Origin: the human T2T-CHM13v2.0 reference genome, Homo sapiens
Assembly (NCBI RefSeq): GCF_009914755.1
Contig: NC_060925.1
Direction: 5' to 3' (one strand)
DNA length: 64,000 nt
Below, one piece after another: positions 30,784 through 43,995 of the stretch. A program made the position numbers and the translations under genes. Position 1 is the stretch's first letter; the number at the start of each line of letters is the position of its first letter. The notes under the pieces are model-generated. The model searched no databases, was not told the origin of the DNA, and saw nothing but the letters and a program-made list of their open reading frames with translations.

Positions 30784-32119
30784 GAGACACCAAAGCCACA
30801 GAACTTCACTCTGATATTGAGTAACAATTAAGAGCATGAAATCTGGAGCTAGACTTCCTGAGTGTGAATCCTGGCTCCATGTGAACTTAGGCAAGTTACT
30901 TAGCCTCTTCTGTTACATTAAAAAGAGTTGAAGTGTGGGAATGCTTTAAACAGTGCCTAGTATTTAATAAAGTCCATATATAAGTTCGGTATTCAATATA
31001 CAATGGGGAAGCAATTAAGGTAATGGAATTAGCGTGTGACCTAACTGGTCTACTTATATAGTTTTCCTTACTGTGCTATATTAAGGAGGCTGTATTTAGG
31101 AGCTGAAAAAGGAGTTTGTGGTTGTCATTGTGTTGCAAAGTTAAGAGGAATATATATTTCATCTATGTAATTAGTAATGATAGGTTCTCAGTCTTGGGAG
31201 CTCTCAGGTTGTCCAGATCCCAAAGACAGACCATGGACGATGGTTCACATTCTCAGAAACTCCTGGGATTTGGAAGGCACATTTCCTTTCATTAAAATAC
31301 TCATGGTAGGTACATGCTTTCATATGAAATGATCATTCCATTTCTTATTTACTCTTTCATGATTTTTATTAGATTTTCTTAGAAAATACTAGTGTATTAG
31401 AAAATAAAAATTAGGGCTCATAGGAAAGAACATTGGATGTCTAGCCAGATTGGAACACATAATTCTTTTAAGAGATGCCAGGGACATTTCCCTCTTAGGA
31501 GAACTGGGAGCAACAGGCTTAAAGGGATTCTACACACTGCATTAATTATTAGAACATGACTCTTTGTTCCTCTATTCTATTACTCACTGATTACAAACCT
31601 TAAGGAGAAAGGTCATTATTACAAACAGCAAGAAAACAGAGGTTTAAGTTAAAATTGTCTTGGAAGGCTGTAAAACGGTGATTTTCCTTCCTTTGAGGAA
31701 TAGTAAATGCAAGTATTATAATTCATAAGGGCTACTCCTTTATACAATTCAAAATCAAAATCTCATTACTCTCATCATCGCATTTTCAATAAGAATTAAT
31801 TTCTGAATTTTATTAATTTTAACTATGGACTCTGCTCAATATTCTCAGGTTTGGAGAAAAAGTAGGGCAGCATTTCTATTCCATGCACTGAAAAAGACCT
31901 GGAAACGAAGCGCAAAAGCCATCACACTCCAGGAAATGTAGCAAGGCAGTGTGACCTAGTTGTAGACCCAGACAACTGGTATTCTTTTCTAGTTTTCTGC
32001 TCTCTGAGCCACATCATAGTCCTAACTTCTCTGAGCTTGGTTTTCTCTCTCTGTTGAAGTGTACATTAATGCAGGGAATTTACTATTGTGGTAATATTCT
32101 TGTAGTCACCAATGGTAAT

Positions 32120-32178
32120 TCTCTCTCTCTGTCTCTCTTCCTCGCTCTTTCTCTCTCTCTCCTTCTCTCTTTCTCTCT
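32120..32178 (+). repeat. (CT)n-rich pyrimidine tract
   Basis: Interrupted CT dinucleotide run. Confidence 0.85.
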
Positions 32179-32204
32179 TATTTTGCTTTATAAAGACTCA
32201 AACT

Positions 32205-32298
32205 AGAGGGTGATAGCTACCCTAAAAGTCCAGAATTCACCACTACACAATATATTCATGTAATGGAATGGCACTTGTACCTCTTAAATTTATTTTTA
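32205..32298 (+). mobile_element. L1MA/L1PB extreme 3' fragment
   Basis: TGATAGCTACCCTAAAAGTCCAGAATTCACCACTACACAATATATTCATGTAA..GCACTTGTACC. Confidence 0.65.
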
Positions 32299-32418
32299 AG
32301 GCTCAAACTAGGAAGAAATTAGATTTTATGTATACATTTATGAATATGTATGTATACTGTACATGATGAAATTATATAATATACAGTCATGTTGTAGATG
32401 TTTAAAAATCATGCTTCC

Positions 32419-32835
<417 letters not shown>

Positions 32836-35314
32836 TCATGATTTTCTGAGCATGTCTTGCTTTCCAGCACAATAGTGTATTCCAGAAGCATATTTATATA
32901 CTCCTCACCTGGAATTGACCACTTCCCCCAAGGAATTCTGACTCCCTTTAGTAGGCAATGGTCTTTAGAAATCAACACCTGAAAGTCACAACTGGAATTT
33001 GAACCCAGACTGTGAGACTGCAGAGCATGCTCTCAACATCGTACTATATGACTCTAATTAAGTATAATATCCTCTAATAAGTGAGGTACACCAAAGATGC
33101 TCTAGGAATACAGAGGAGGATGTGGGTGGAAAAGAAGGGAGGATTTCACTGGGAAGGCTTGCCTTGCAAATCTACCTTTACTGTTATTTCCATGCTGATA
33201 CCAGAGTGATTTCATTTAACCACCTGGACACTATGGAAACAGTCTTTCCTACTTGGGACCAAATCTATCCCAAATTATGGTTTTCCCATATTTCACCCTA
33301 GTCACAAAAATGTCTGAAAAAGCTCCTCTTTCCTGGTATTCAAAAAGAGCTAAGAGAAGCCACTCCTCTCCTTCATTCTACTCCTTTGACTTCCTTTACA
33401 CATTCACACATTCTGTTTCGGATTTCATTGTTTCCTCAAAGCATACAAAGTCTCTTTCAAAAGGAATTCTCTTTCTTCAGAGTCATGGTTTGGGAGCTTC
33501 TAACTCCTACCCTTCTCATAATAGACCTCTCCAGACCTCATTATCTTAGCATAAAAGTTAGTACAGAATGTCAGCATGTTTAAAACCCGACTTCTTTCCT
33601 TTCTGCAAATAAATAAATAAACAAACCCAAGTTTAGATTTCAACTATCTTGCCTCAGCCATGTGTGAGCACCTCTCAAATCCACATTTGTTTTAAGAAGG
33701 CAATTTTTTTTTACCCTAAGTTTAAATTTGCATTGTGAGGGAGTATAGGAGAAGATGGGCAGCTTGGAGTTAACACCAGGCCAGGTTTCCTTAAAGGGAG
33801 CAGCAAAAGCAAGCCAGCTGAGTGATCACCTGGGTTGCAGCGCCTGAAAATACAGAGCCTCGTGGTTTTGTGCAGTGCTAGATGGAGTCTCTTCCCTGGC
33901 ATCCTTCACTTGTCACTACCGTGTGTTTTCTTTAATACTATTGCTACTGCAGTTGCCACTGCCGCTATCAGTAATGAAATTAATAATAATAATAACATCC
34001 TGACCTATTCTGCCATCGCAAATTTCAGTCCATTCTAGCCCGCAGAGGAGATGGCCAGCCTGTAACACTGCAGTTGAATATTAATTAAGTGATCTTTCAG
34101 TAGCACAAGGGAAGGAATCAAGGGCCTGTTTAAAACCATTCCCTTAGATCTATTGCAGATAGGAATCAATAAAGCATCCATGTTCAGGGTCACAAGTTGG
34201 CTTGGAAAACAAATCCACAACTGAGAACCCTATGGCCTCCCCTGGAGCACTCCAGGCCAGATCTCTCCCTGTCTGATGACAAACTCCAAGAGCCAGGGTA
34301 ACCCATTACTCACTCCCAAGCTGTTGTGGGCTTTTTTTTTTTTTTTTTTTTGCTGTTGCTTGACTATAAGCCAAACAAAATGAACGTTCATATGGTGAAC
34401 TTGGCAGCTGTCCCACTCCAGACTGTGCTTTTCCACAAGCCAAAGGAGGCTTTGAAGCTGGCCTCCCCTCCACTTTGCCCCAAGCTGGGGAATTACCCTT
34501 GGAGGAGCAGAGATCAGCTGGCACTGAGCCATGCTGCCCTTTGGGTCAGGAGACATTCAAGAAAGGCCCGGCCTATGGGCCTCATAGCTGAGCAGAATGA
34601 CTTGGCCTGTTCCCAGGGCTGCCAAAGGTGTCCTGTATCTTTTTGCTGAATTTCTAGGGATAAAAGCTTAGCATTTTATACTTACACCTTAACATAAGAA
34701 TATCTGTCCTTTTGCCTGTATGTATTGAGATAGAAAGGTGTCCCACTGCAAGGCTTTAGAAATGTTTTGCAAACTCACACTCAGTTTGCCAATAATTCAC
34801 AGTAAAATCTGAACTCACATAATCAAGATTGGATACAAAGAGCACTGGAATGAAGGGATGGATGAGTGAACAAATGAAATTAGACTATACCACGAAGGAA
34901 TGGAGTACATGAATGAAGACCAGACATCAGGAATCTGGGTTTTGGTCCTGGCTCAGTCCCTTCCTGACTTCTCATTTAACCACTTGCAGGTCAACAGCCC
35001 CACCTAGAAAATAAAAGACTTGGAGAAATTATTTTATCTCTTCCAGATATAGATGATTTATTATATCACTTGTGTGCATATACAGATTAATAGTCAAGCA
35101 TGAAAGCAGTCTATAATTTGTAGCCATCAGTAACAATCAAACAGCCTCCAAATAACCGGAAATCCAAAAGCAGCCAAAAATTGAATTATACCGCATGATT
35201 AACAAATTGTGAATATGAATTTTGACTCTGTCACAAGGTCAGGTTACTCAGCCTCTGTGGCATGGCTCACTGTAAATATTCTAGACACATGTGCTCTCAA
35301 ACTAAAGTATTTTT

Positions 35315-35470
35315 AAAATATAACAAAATTTACCCTTAACAATTTAAATTGTTATATTTAAATTGTTGTTATTAAATTAAATTGTTGTATTAAATTAATT
35401 GTTATATATAAATTGTTATATTTAAAGTATAACAATTTACCCTATATATTAGGGTAAATATTATATTTAC
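35315..35470. repeat. AT-rich complex micro-rearrangement (tandem and inverted copies)
   Basis: AAATTGTT(A/G)T units repeated about 5 times, palindrome at 35337-35354, hairpin at 35435-35459. Confidence 0.8.
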
Positions 35471-35809
35471 TCTTGGGATATTATACTAATGTCCCAAGAT
35501 GGACACAGATAAGCTCTTCAAAATGGTTCCTATTTGAATACTCTAATTCTGGAGGAAACAAAGTGTTCGAATCATACCAAAGGTCTTCCAAGTAATGAAC
35601 AAGTAAAGGAGCACTTCATAAAGTAAACTAGAATGCCACAATTAGTATGGATGCTTAAGATTACTCAAATGTGTGGTTTTTCTAACACTAATCTAATTTA
35701 GAAATGTATATTATAGTATTAGAAATGAATACTATAATTTAGAAATACTCACTACTTCTGACTATTCTTTTTCCTCTATTTTTATTTTGTAATTTTGAAT
35801 TTTTTACTT

Positions 35810-35964
35810 TTCCTTTTAAGAGACAGGGTCTTGCTCTGTCACCCAAGCTGCTGTGCAGTGGCATGATTATAGCTCACTGTATCCTCAAACTCCTGGGCTC
35901 GAGCAATCCTCTTGCCTTGGTTCCCAAAATTCAGGGATTACAGATGTGAGCCACTGTGCTTGGC
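35810..35964 (-). mobile_element. Monomeric Alu (arm fusion, AluJ/FRAM-like)
   Basis: Right-arm 3' end (AGACAGGGTCTTGCTCTGTCACCC..GCAGTGGCATGATTATAGCTCACTG) runs into left-arm 5' end (CCCAAAATTCAGGGATTACAGATGTGAGCCAC). Confidence 0.8.
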
Positions 35965-36538
35965 AATTTTAAAGTCTTAAAACAGTGTTATATTAATATA
36001 AATCATGGTAGGATTTGACATTTCAAAGAACTTGAGGATAAAAACATTTCTTAGGGGACCAAAAATGATCACTAATTTGTAAAATGGGCCTAGACTCACC
36101 CACATCTCCCAAGTGATGTTTCCTTCTTCAGAGCTGCTCTACATGTAATTAAGAGAACAGAAGGGCCGCCTGCATCAATCAAATGCACAACCTTCCCTAG
36201 CACACACAGTTCCAATGAAAATCCAAACAGCTATTGGGATGAACTGAGGAATGATGTTTATCAGGTCTTCAAGGTGAAAATACCACCAGCATTTATTACT
36301 GAGAGAAGAATCTTTTAGCAAACAATAGACCAATAAATTTTACCTCTCAAAAAAGTGTTTCACTTCATTCTTCCACTTTTGACTCCAAGTCATAAAAGAC
36401 CCAGCGCAGAATAAAGTAGGTATGCTGAGAGGGTTTAGACATCCTCTCTCATGCCCAAGCAAGATCATATGCTTAAAAATGGTCCTTGGCAGAAGAATAT
36501 ATCTTTAATTTCTTTAACATATTAAAAATTAAGCCTGG

Positions 36539-36838
<300 letters not shown>

Positions 36839-38572
36839 TGAAAAACCAAACCTGGAAGAATAAGATCATACAGTTTTCCCAGCTGTGTATGAGATTCTTC
36901 TCACCAAAACTTAGCCACAAAGCTGGAGTTAGAGCGAAAGAGGCCGTGAAGTAGATGAAAAAAAGAGAAGCCCTTCCTTTTTGGAGACTGGGCGATTGTG
37001 GTTTTAGAGAAAAATAATAAAACATATATTCTCTGATTCCATCTGTGTTAAAACTGCAAATCAGAGTTATATTTGAAAAAATGTAGGAGAGAAATCTCCT
37101 TTTGCTACATGCACTTTAAATTCTCAAGGAAGTATACTAGCTGTGTTCTCAGAAGAAAACAAATAGAATGCTAGATAATATTTACATCCCTTGCATACCA
37201 AACCAGAGGAAACAAACAGCCCTGTTCAGAAACTGGGCAGGTGAGGAAACAATTTAAACCTGAAGGAACTCTATCACTGTGTTATGCTCCTGGAGAAGCA
37301 AGAGACCTCCTGAGATCATCAACTTTTAAAAGTAGTGTTTAATCTTCCAGGGATGAACCTTCTATTGCAACATACATAATAACAAAGTTTGTAAAACATA
37401 TTGTGGCATTTAATCTATAGATGCTTATTATAGGAAATAGAAGTTATTCATTTAAACTGTAAATGTAAATACCAGCTTGTGTCAACTGACACACTACTAT
37501 GTAAATTGTATAGATACTTCTGTAAGTCAGAGAGCGCCAGACTCCGTAGTCTGAACTTCCCTTTGCAGATTGAATAAGAAAAGCTAAGCAAGTGATGTTT
37601 ACCACACAGTTTCATGTAGCCCAAATGATGAAGAGCCATTGTGAATATCACCTACTTTGACCCATAATGCTCCACTGTCCTAGAGATTATATTTTACCGT
37701 CTTGGTGACTCTATTGTTTTGCAGTTCGGGTTTGGATTTGATAAGTAAAATGGCAGCGTGAAAATGTTAGCCTCATGCTTAATAGGCTAGGCTATGAGGA
37801 AGAAAATGTTAAACAATAGCATTGGCATATTTTTTCCTATATATTTGAGAACCAAAAATTAAAATTAAGAAGGCAAAATAGGAATACATAGGTTTTAGAA
37901 ATAATAGTGCATATATGCTCCAAAGTATACTATTTACCATTCAATTAAAAGAATCAAAAGAACTTTATTGATTGGCAAGAAAAATTAGAAAAACAAATAT
38001 ATATAAAACAAGAATTGCTCTCTCTAGCAATCTGTAACCCAGTTGGGTGATGGCCTCAATTAGACAGAAGCAGTATAATTGGGAATTTGATCTTTGCTCC
38101 TTTGTCGAGTTCCTAGAAAATTTCTTTAACTGTAGATGGAGAAATTATTCTAAATGATAGTCAGCAAAAAAGAGCATCTGAAATACATTTCTCACTCTCT
38201 GGAGAGTGAGAATGGCCCAGCACAGATTCCAGCATTATAAATAGGATCTTCGGCATGTACTTGACATAGGAATATATCAGGAATCTTAGTAAAGATGGGG
38301 AGTTTTCACTGTTTCAAGCAGGACAACCACAGTTTCCACGTATCTATGTGTTGGTTGTAACCTAGGTTGCAGGCAACTGCAATCACCCAAGCACACCCAT
38401 CACTAGTGTGCCATTCCCAATGTTCATAACTTGCACTTTGTCAAGACTTCATTGAAAAAGTACAGGCAATAAGTGGGAAAAATAATTGTTCATTTGGTGG
38501 CAAATTTAATGGGTTTTGAAGCCTGAGGTGTGGGCAATACACCCACACACACACATGCAAACACACACACAT

Positions 38573-38946
38573 TGATATGGTTTGGCTGTGTTCCCACCCA
38601 AATCTCAACTTGAATTATAGTTCCCATAATCCCCACATGTCGTGGGAGAGACCCAGTGGGAGGTAATTGAATCATGGGGGTGGTTACCCTCATGCTATTC
38701 TCATGATAGTGAGGGAGTTCTCACGAGATCTGATGGTTTTATAAGAGACTTTGCCCCCTTTGCTTGCCACTTATCCTTGCTGCCGCCATGTGAAGAAGGA
38801 CGTGTTTGCTTCCCCTTCCACAGTGATTGTAAGTTTCCTGAGGCCTCCCCAGCCCTGCAGAACTGTGAGTCATTTAAACCTCTCTCCTTTATAAATTATC
38901 CAGTCTCGTGTATTTCTTCATAACGGCATAAGAATGGACTAATACA
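38573..38946 (+). mobile_element. THE1C solo LTR (ERVL-MaLR)
   Basis: TGATATGGTTTGGCTGTG...GTGAAGAAGGACGTGTTTGCTTCCCCTTCC..GTAAGTTTCCTGAGGCC...GACTAATACA; TSD CACAT/CATAT. Confidence 0.92.
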
Positions 38947-39349
38947 CATATTTTAGAAAGGAACTCTAGCAATTCAATTTCTAATCTAATTATAATGTTC
39001 ATAATACCACATTGTTCTGAGAAGTAGTTATGCTGCCATAAAATTCCAGAATACAAATGTAAAGGTTTGCTTCAGATTCTGTCTAAAAAATGGAAAATTT
39101 CAAACTGAAGACATCTATTTGGTTACTTCTTAGACATTCCATTTAAAGAGGTAAGTAGAGAACTAGATAAAGGAGGTGTGGAAGAAGTAAAGGGAATTTA
39201 GCTGATGCATCTATGGCTCTAATAGCAGGCATGTTCCATCTGCTTACTTTGCTAAGTAGCATATGCTGCCTGCTATAGACACTTAAATGCAACTGATGGT
39301 AGAATTGATCAATTTAAAGAGATAATTCTTTGGAGGAAGAAAGGGAACA

Positions 39350-40330
39350 AACTATCTCTGGATAACTTAATCCAATATAGAAAAATAAAACCATATGGAT
39401 TTAATGACAGATTTAAAGTCATTTTAAAAGAAATCATAAGTAAGTATGCAAAATAGCTAAACTATTTGCTAAAACTTTTGAAAATCATAATGAAATTGGA
39501 AAATTTCTATTTTCAGGAAAAAATAGAAATCAAGATGAACTGAAGAAATATGAATCCAAAGAATAGACCCAAGGAAAAACCCAAACTGTTAGCACATCAA
39601 ACATTATTGCAAAATATGATGCTACACACAACAAACTGAAATAAATATACAGTGAAATGGCTGCTGAGGGGGAAGTATTCTTAAAATATTAAACACTTCA
39701 TCCAGATTGAAAAGAAAAACATAAAGCCATTACAGAAAATTGACAAGGAATCTAAATAGGCAATTCACAGAAGAAAAGTTTAATATCCATTAAATAAATG
39801 AAAAATCAATCTCGCAATGTAATCAAATAAGAAAAAAATAAAAACATTAATTAGATATTGTTTTAATTTATTAAATTATCAAAATAATATGAATCCTGGT
39901 AAGATTACAATGAAACAGGAAATACCATTCAGTGCTAATATATAATTTATCCAAAAGTATGTATAATTTATCCAAAAGCCATTTGGCAATGTAGTATGAA
40001 AAGTCTTTAAAATGTTTAGGCCCTTTGACCTAATAATTCCAAAACTGAGTTTATCATAAGCAAATAATATGAAATGCAAACTTTATGTAAGTATAATATG
40101 TATAGCATTATTTATGATAGTGAAAAATTGGAAATAACCTAAATATCAACCACTGGAGACTGGTAAGTCACATCCATATGATGCAGTCATTAAAAATCAC
40201 GATCCAGCTAACATTTACTAACACCAAAAATGTTCACACTATATGAAGTTCATGTTCACATTGTACAATATTCATACTACGTATGTAGAGAAAAACTAGA
40301 AAGCTATCACCTAAATGTTCATAAGATAAT
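39350..40330 (+). mobile_element. Ancient L1ME-type fragments
   Basis: GACAAGGAATCTAAATAGGCAATTCACAGAAGAA, CCCTTTGACCTAATAATTCC, GTGAAAAATTGGAAATAACCTAAATATC. Confidence 0.65.
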
Positions 40331-43300
40331 AATCAATTAAGCCAATTTAAATATTATGGATATTTTAATAAAATAAAAAATACTTAAGCGGTTAAAATGG
40401 AATATAAACTGTAAACTATATACAAATAAATGCAAAGAATGATGGTAAACAAATTCACAGTCCCTAGCTACGCACAAATCAAGCATTGATCTGAGCAGCC
40501 TGGGAGCTCAGGTGGCCAATAGAAAAACCAAAGGGAAGCAGTTATTCATGTTAGAAACTGGTGAGGAGTCCAGAATCCAGGAAGTGAAATATTAAACATA
40601 GAAATAGGACCACTCCTCAAAAACTGCCTGACACCAGGGCAAATGGCATCTGGCTGGCTGCTCCTAATATGCTATTTACTATAAGGGCAAGAATTTGGGT
40701 CTGTGTGAGGCTAAGTCTGATTCTACAGCTATCTGAAGAACAAGGGAACTGATACTAGATAAGATAAAAAAAGAAAAAAAGAAGCCTAATATTTCAGGTG
40801 ATCTCTGACAGATATAGAAAGCAAGCTTTAAATAAAAACCTCGGACTTTCTACTGAGAAGAGAGAATTGTTGATATCAAAACAGTTCAACAAGCCTTAAT
40901 AGTGCAGTCAAGTCAATCAGTACAGCTGAGAATAAGATTGAATCAGTATGGGGGCCCCATAAAATAAAAAATAGCCTGAACTAGACTCACAAAACTGTCT
41001 CTATGAGGCTCCAGACTCAAGGATGCATTTGGGGCCCTGGTGAATGTGGAGTGTGCTGATGGAGGGGCTACAAAATAGCTTCTTTTTGAATCAGCAGAAT
41101 AATTTCTTAGTGCTATTTTAGTGCTATCTTTGAATGCCTAATGATCATGACAGCTACAGATACCCCAGGTCTGATTGCCTAACAGATGGGGATGATCAAC
41201 TTGTTTTTCTTGCTGCACTACCTCAAGCAAGATTCCAACAGTTCACTGTAGAGTCACCAGAAAGGAACGACTTTACCTATGTTTTGCTCAACATTTTGAA
41301 AGAAAGATTGAAACAACTATTTCTGTAAGTAAAGAATTGCTGCCTAATGCTGTCTTCATCTGCAGAATAGGTGCTGAACGGATTTTTTCCCCATCACATT
41401 GAAGTTCTCTCTATACTGCAGTCTTTTAAAATGTATCTTGCACACACTACACATTTGGAGGAGGAGGAAGAGGTAGGCAGGTTGTTTACTCTGAGGAGCT
41501 CGTGAAGAGGTTGGTGGTATTATACCTTCAGGAGTTTAATCTCTGCAGCGATTGCATGTAGTTTTTCTGCAGTCGTCTCAGATAGTGACTTCCCTTTAAT
41601 AGGACCATTTATGTCATTCCTTTCTCCCCCTTATGGGATGATTTTTCAAATTTCTTCTGTCCAAAAGGTAACAGGCATCCTTGGTAAAGTGCCAGGAAAT
41701 GTCTTGTATTGGATTTTCAGATCCACAGATAGTGCCAGGCCAAGGCAACAGGTTCCTTGTGTCGAATCACCCCAGTGGAGGGTAAAGTCAGCCCCACTCT
41801 CAACTCCACCACCCAGAAACTTGTTTTTGGAAGAGAGTGACTTTAACCTTATTGATGATTGTCCCCAAAATATAGAATATATAATTACACCTAATACTAA
41901 GAGCTGTCTGGGAAGTGGAGAAAACTGTAATATCATAGAGCTTCAAAGTAAAATTACCCCCTAAAACTAAGAGCTCATTGTATATATAGAACCAGGGTGG
42001 AAGAGGCCTTAAATAGAAATAGAATCTCACTTTCTGTGCCCAAGCAGATTTGAAACTGAAATTAAATAAATGTAGGCATTCAAATTTAATAGAGAGTTCT
42101 GCCAGGAATTGGAGTTAGACTACCTAAAAGCCTGCCATTAAGGGTGTATTTCTTTAACTAAAAGGCTTAGGTATCCATAACACCTAAAACTGGATCCTTA
42201 ATCTCCTATGAAATATCAGCAGCTCCCCTGAAATGAGCATACATAATGAGCCAACTGTCTACCTTCTGTTGACTGATCAGCACCTGCACAAAACCTGACT
42301 CACATACCCTAATTACAATCAAGAACAATAACCTTTCATATTTATTAACCCAATGTAATATTCCTAGAAATGTTTACAGTGGAGGAAGAGTTTTATTTTT
42401 TTCCTAAAAATTGTGAACATATAAGTAACTGTAAACATTCCAGAAACATTATGTTCAAGTTCAAACATTCTAACCTCCCACTGTTACTTTATTAATCCAT
42501 ATACATAATTCTGAGTTAAAATGTATAAAGCATAAATAAATAAAATGTATAAAATGTATAAAGCACTAATCTTTATAGCCACAACACTCACGGGAAAAAG
42601 GAAGTACAATAGTGATTTTCTTCTTTCCCAGTCATTTTCTAAAAATGCTTATTCATTAGTTCATTCAATAAGTATTTATTGCAGTCACTGTTCCAGGTAG
42701 TAGGGACAAAATAGTAAACAAAATAAACACAAATCCTGGCCCTTGAGGAGCGTATAGTCAGTGGAGGTGAGGTGGATGTAGTTTATTCATTTGATTGCAA
42801 TGTATACCTTTTCCAGAGTACATTTACTACTTAAAGTGCAAGCCAAAAATACAAAAGCAATTATCTTTGCTATAATAATAAGGAGTAGTGCTTGCTAGAT
42901 CCCTCCAACATAGAAGCGGAATTGTGGTAACAAATGGCACGAGTGCTCTCAACTTAGGTATTCTTCTTATCATTATGTAAATGGATTCTTTTAACTTGGA
43001 AATTTATTCTTCAAAGTCCCTCTTGGGCAGATGGGAGCCTGTACTAGACCTGAAACATCAGAATTATTAGGTCAAAAATAGGTATATTTTTAGGATTTTA
43101 GTACATAGTACAAAATGCTGTTTTAGAAAGTGAGCCAGTTGATTCTTCTAGCAGCAGTGCATGATACCCACTTCACCCAGAGATGCCCCACACCAGCCCT
43201 AGTTTTTTTGCTGGGTCTTTTTCAGTATGATAGGTCTAAACAATGTCCTATGGTGATCACCATTTGCATATGACATAGACAGTTGTAGATAGATTTCACT

Positions 43301-43559
43301 GTTGGAATAATTAAACAAAAGTTGAATGAGCTTTGAAGACCTCTCTCTCTCTTTTTTTTTTTTTTTCCTATTCACAGTCTTGGGTTTTACAAGCTCTGTT
43401 TCTGTCTAAGAAAGTAGAGCTCCTTTGGTGAGTTATCTCTGACTCACAGTAGAGAGATTCCTAAACATGCCCAGTATTTGATTCATCAGTTCCTAAATCA
43501 TCTAATCTTGCTCCATTTGTCCTCTGGCCCACCTTGGTAAATTCATCAGGACACATTTT

Positions 43560-43995
43560 GTCCAAATCAATCTCAATCTATCTTATGCAAGGGGAAAGAA
43601 GTTTATTGATTCAAATAACTGGGAAGTCAAGAGGTAGATCTAGCATGGCTGGATCCAGAAGCTCTAACAATGTCAATATCAATTCAGTCTTTGTCTCCTC
43701 TCTCTCTCTTCCCACCCGCCTATTTCTCTTTCTTCCATTTGTCTCTGCTGTTCATGATGTTTTCCTAGCAGCCTTCTGTGCTAGCTCCCACAGAGACATT
43801 CCAAAGAGAACATTGGCCTGACCTAGGTGCACAGCCATGTGCCCATCCCTGTGAGCTTTGTAGTTTTGCAGAGTGGGGATGGAGTATGGAAGAGATATAC
43901 TCTGATTAATAGCCTTACTCAGACTATGTGGAGTACAGGAGGAGTTCAACAAAGGAAGCAGGAGAAGAGGATAGGAAAGCTCGTTGAACAGGCGA
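43560..43995 (-). mobile_element. MLT1J-like MaLR LTR
   Basis: AAGTTTATTGATTCAAATAACTGGGAAGTC..CATGGCTGGATCCAG..TTGGCCTGACCTAGG..ATGTGCCCATCCCTG. Confidence 0.65.

Noticed and set aside
37625-37720. ATGATGA box C-like motif (a similar one near 9698)
   Set aside because: No properly spaced CTGA box D or terminal stem, so not supportable as a snoRNA
39940-39978. Short tandem duplications (TATAATTTATCCAAAAG twice; also CCTTATCAAGCCTG twice at 63539-63573)
   Set aside because: Ordinary slippage duplications inside old repeats
41611-42030. Overlapping 76-117 aa ORFs on both strands
   Set aside because: No recognisable protein similarity or coherent exon structure
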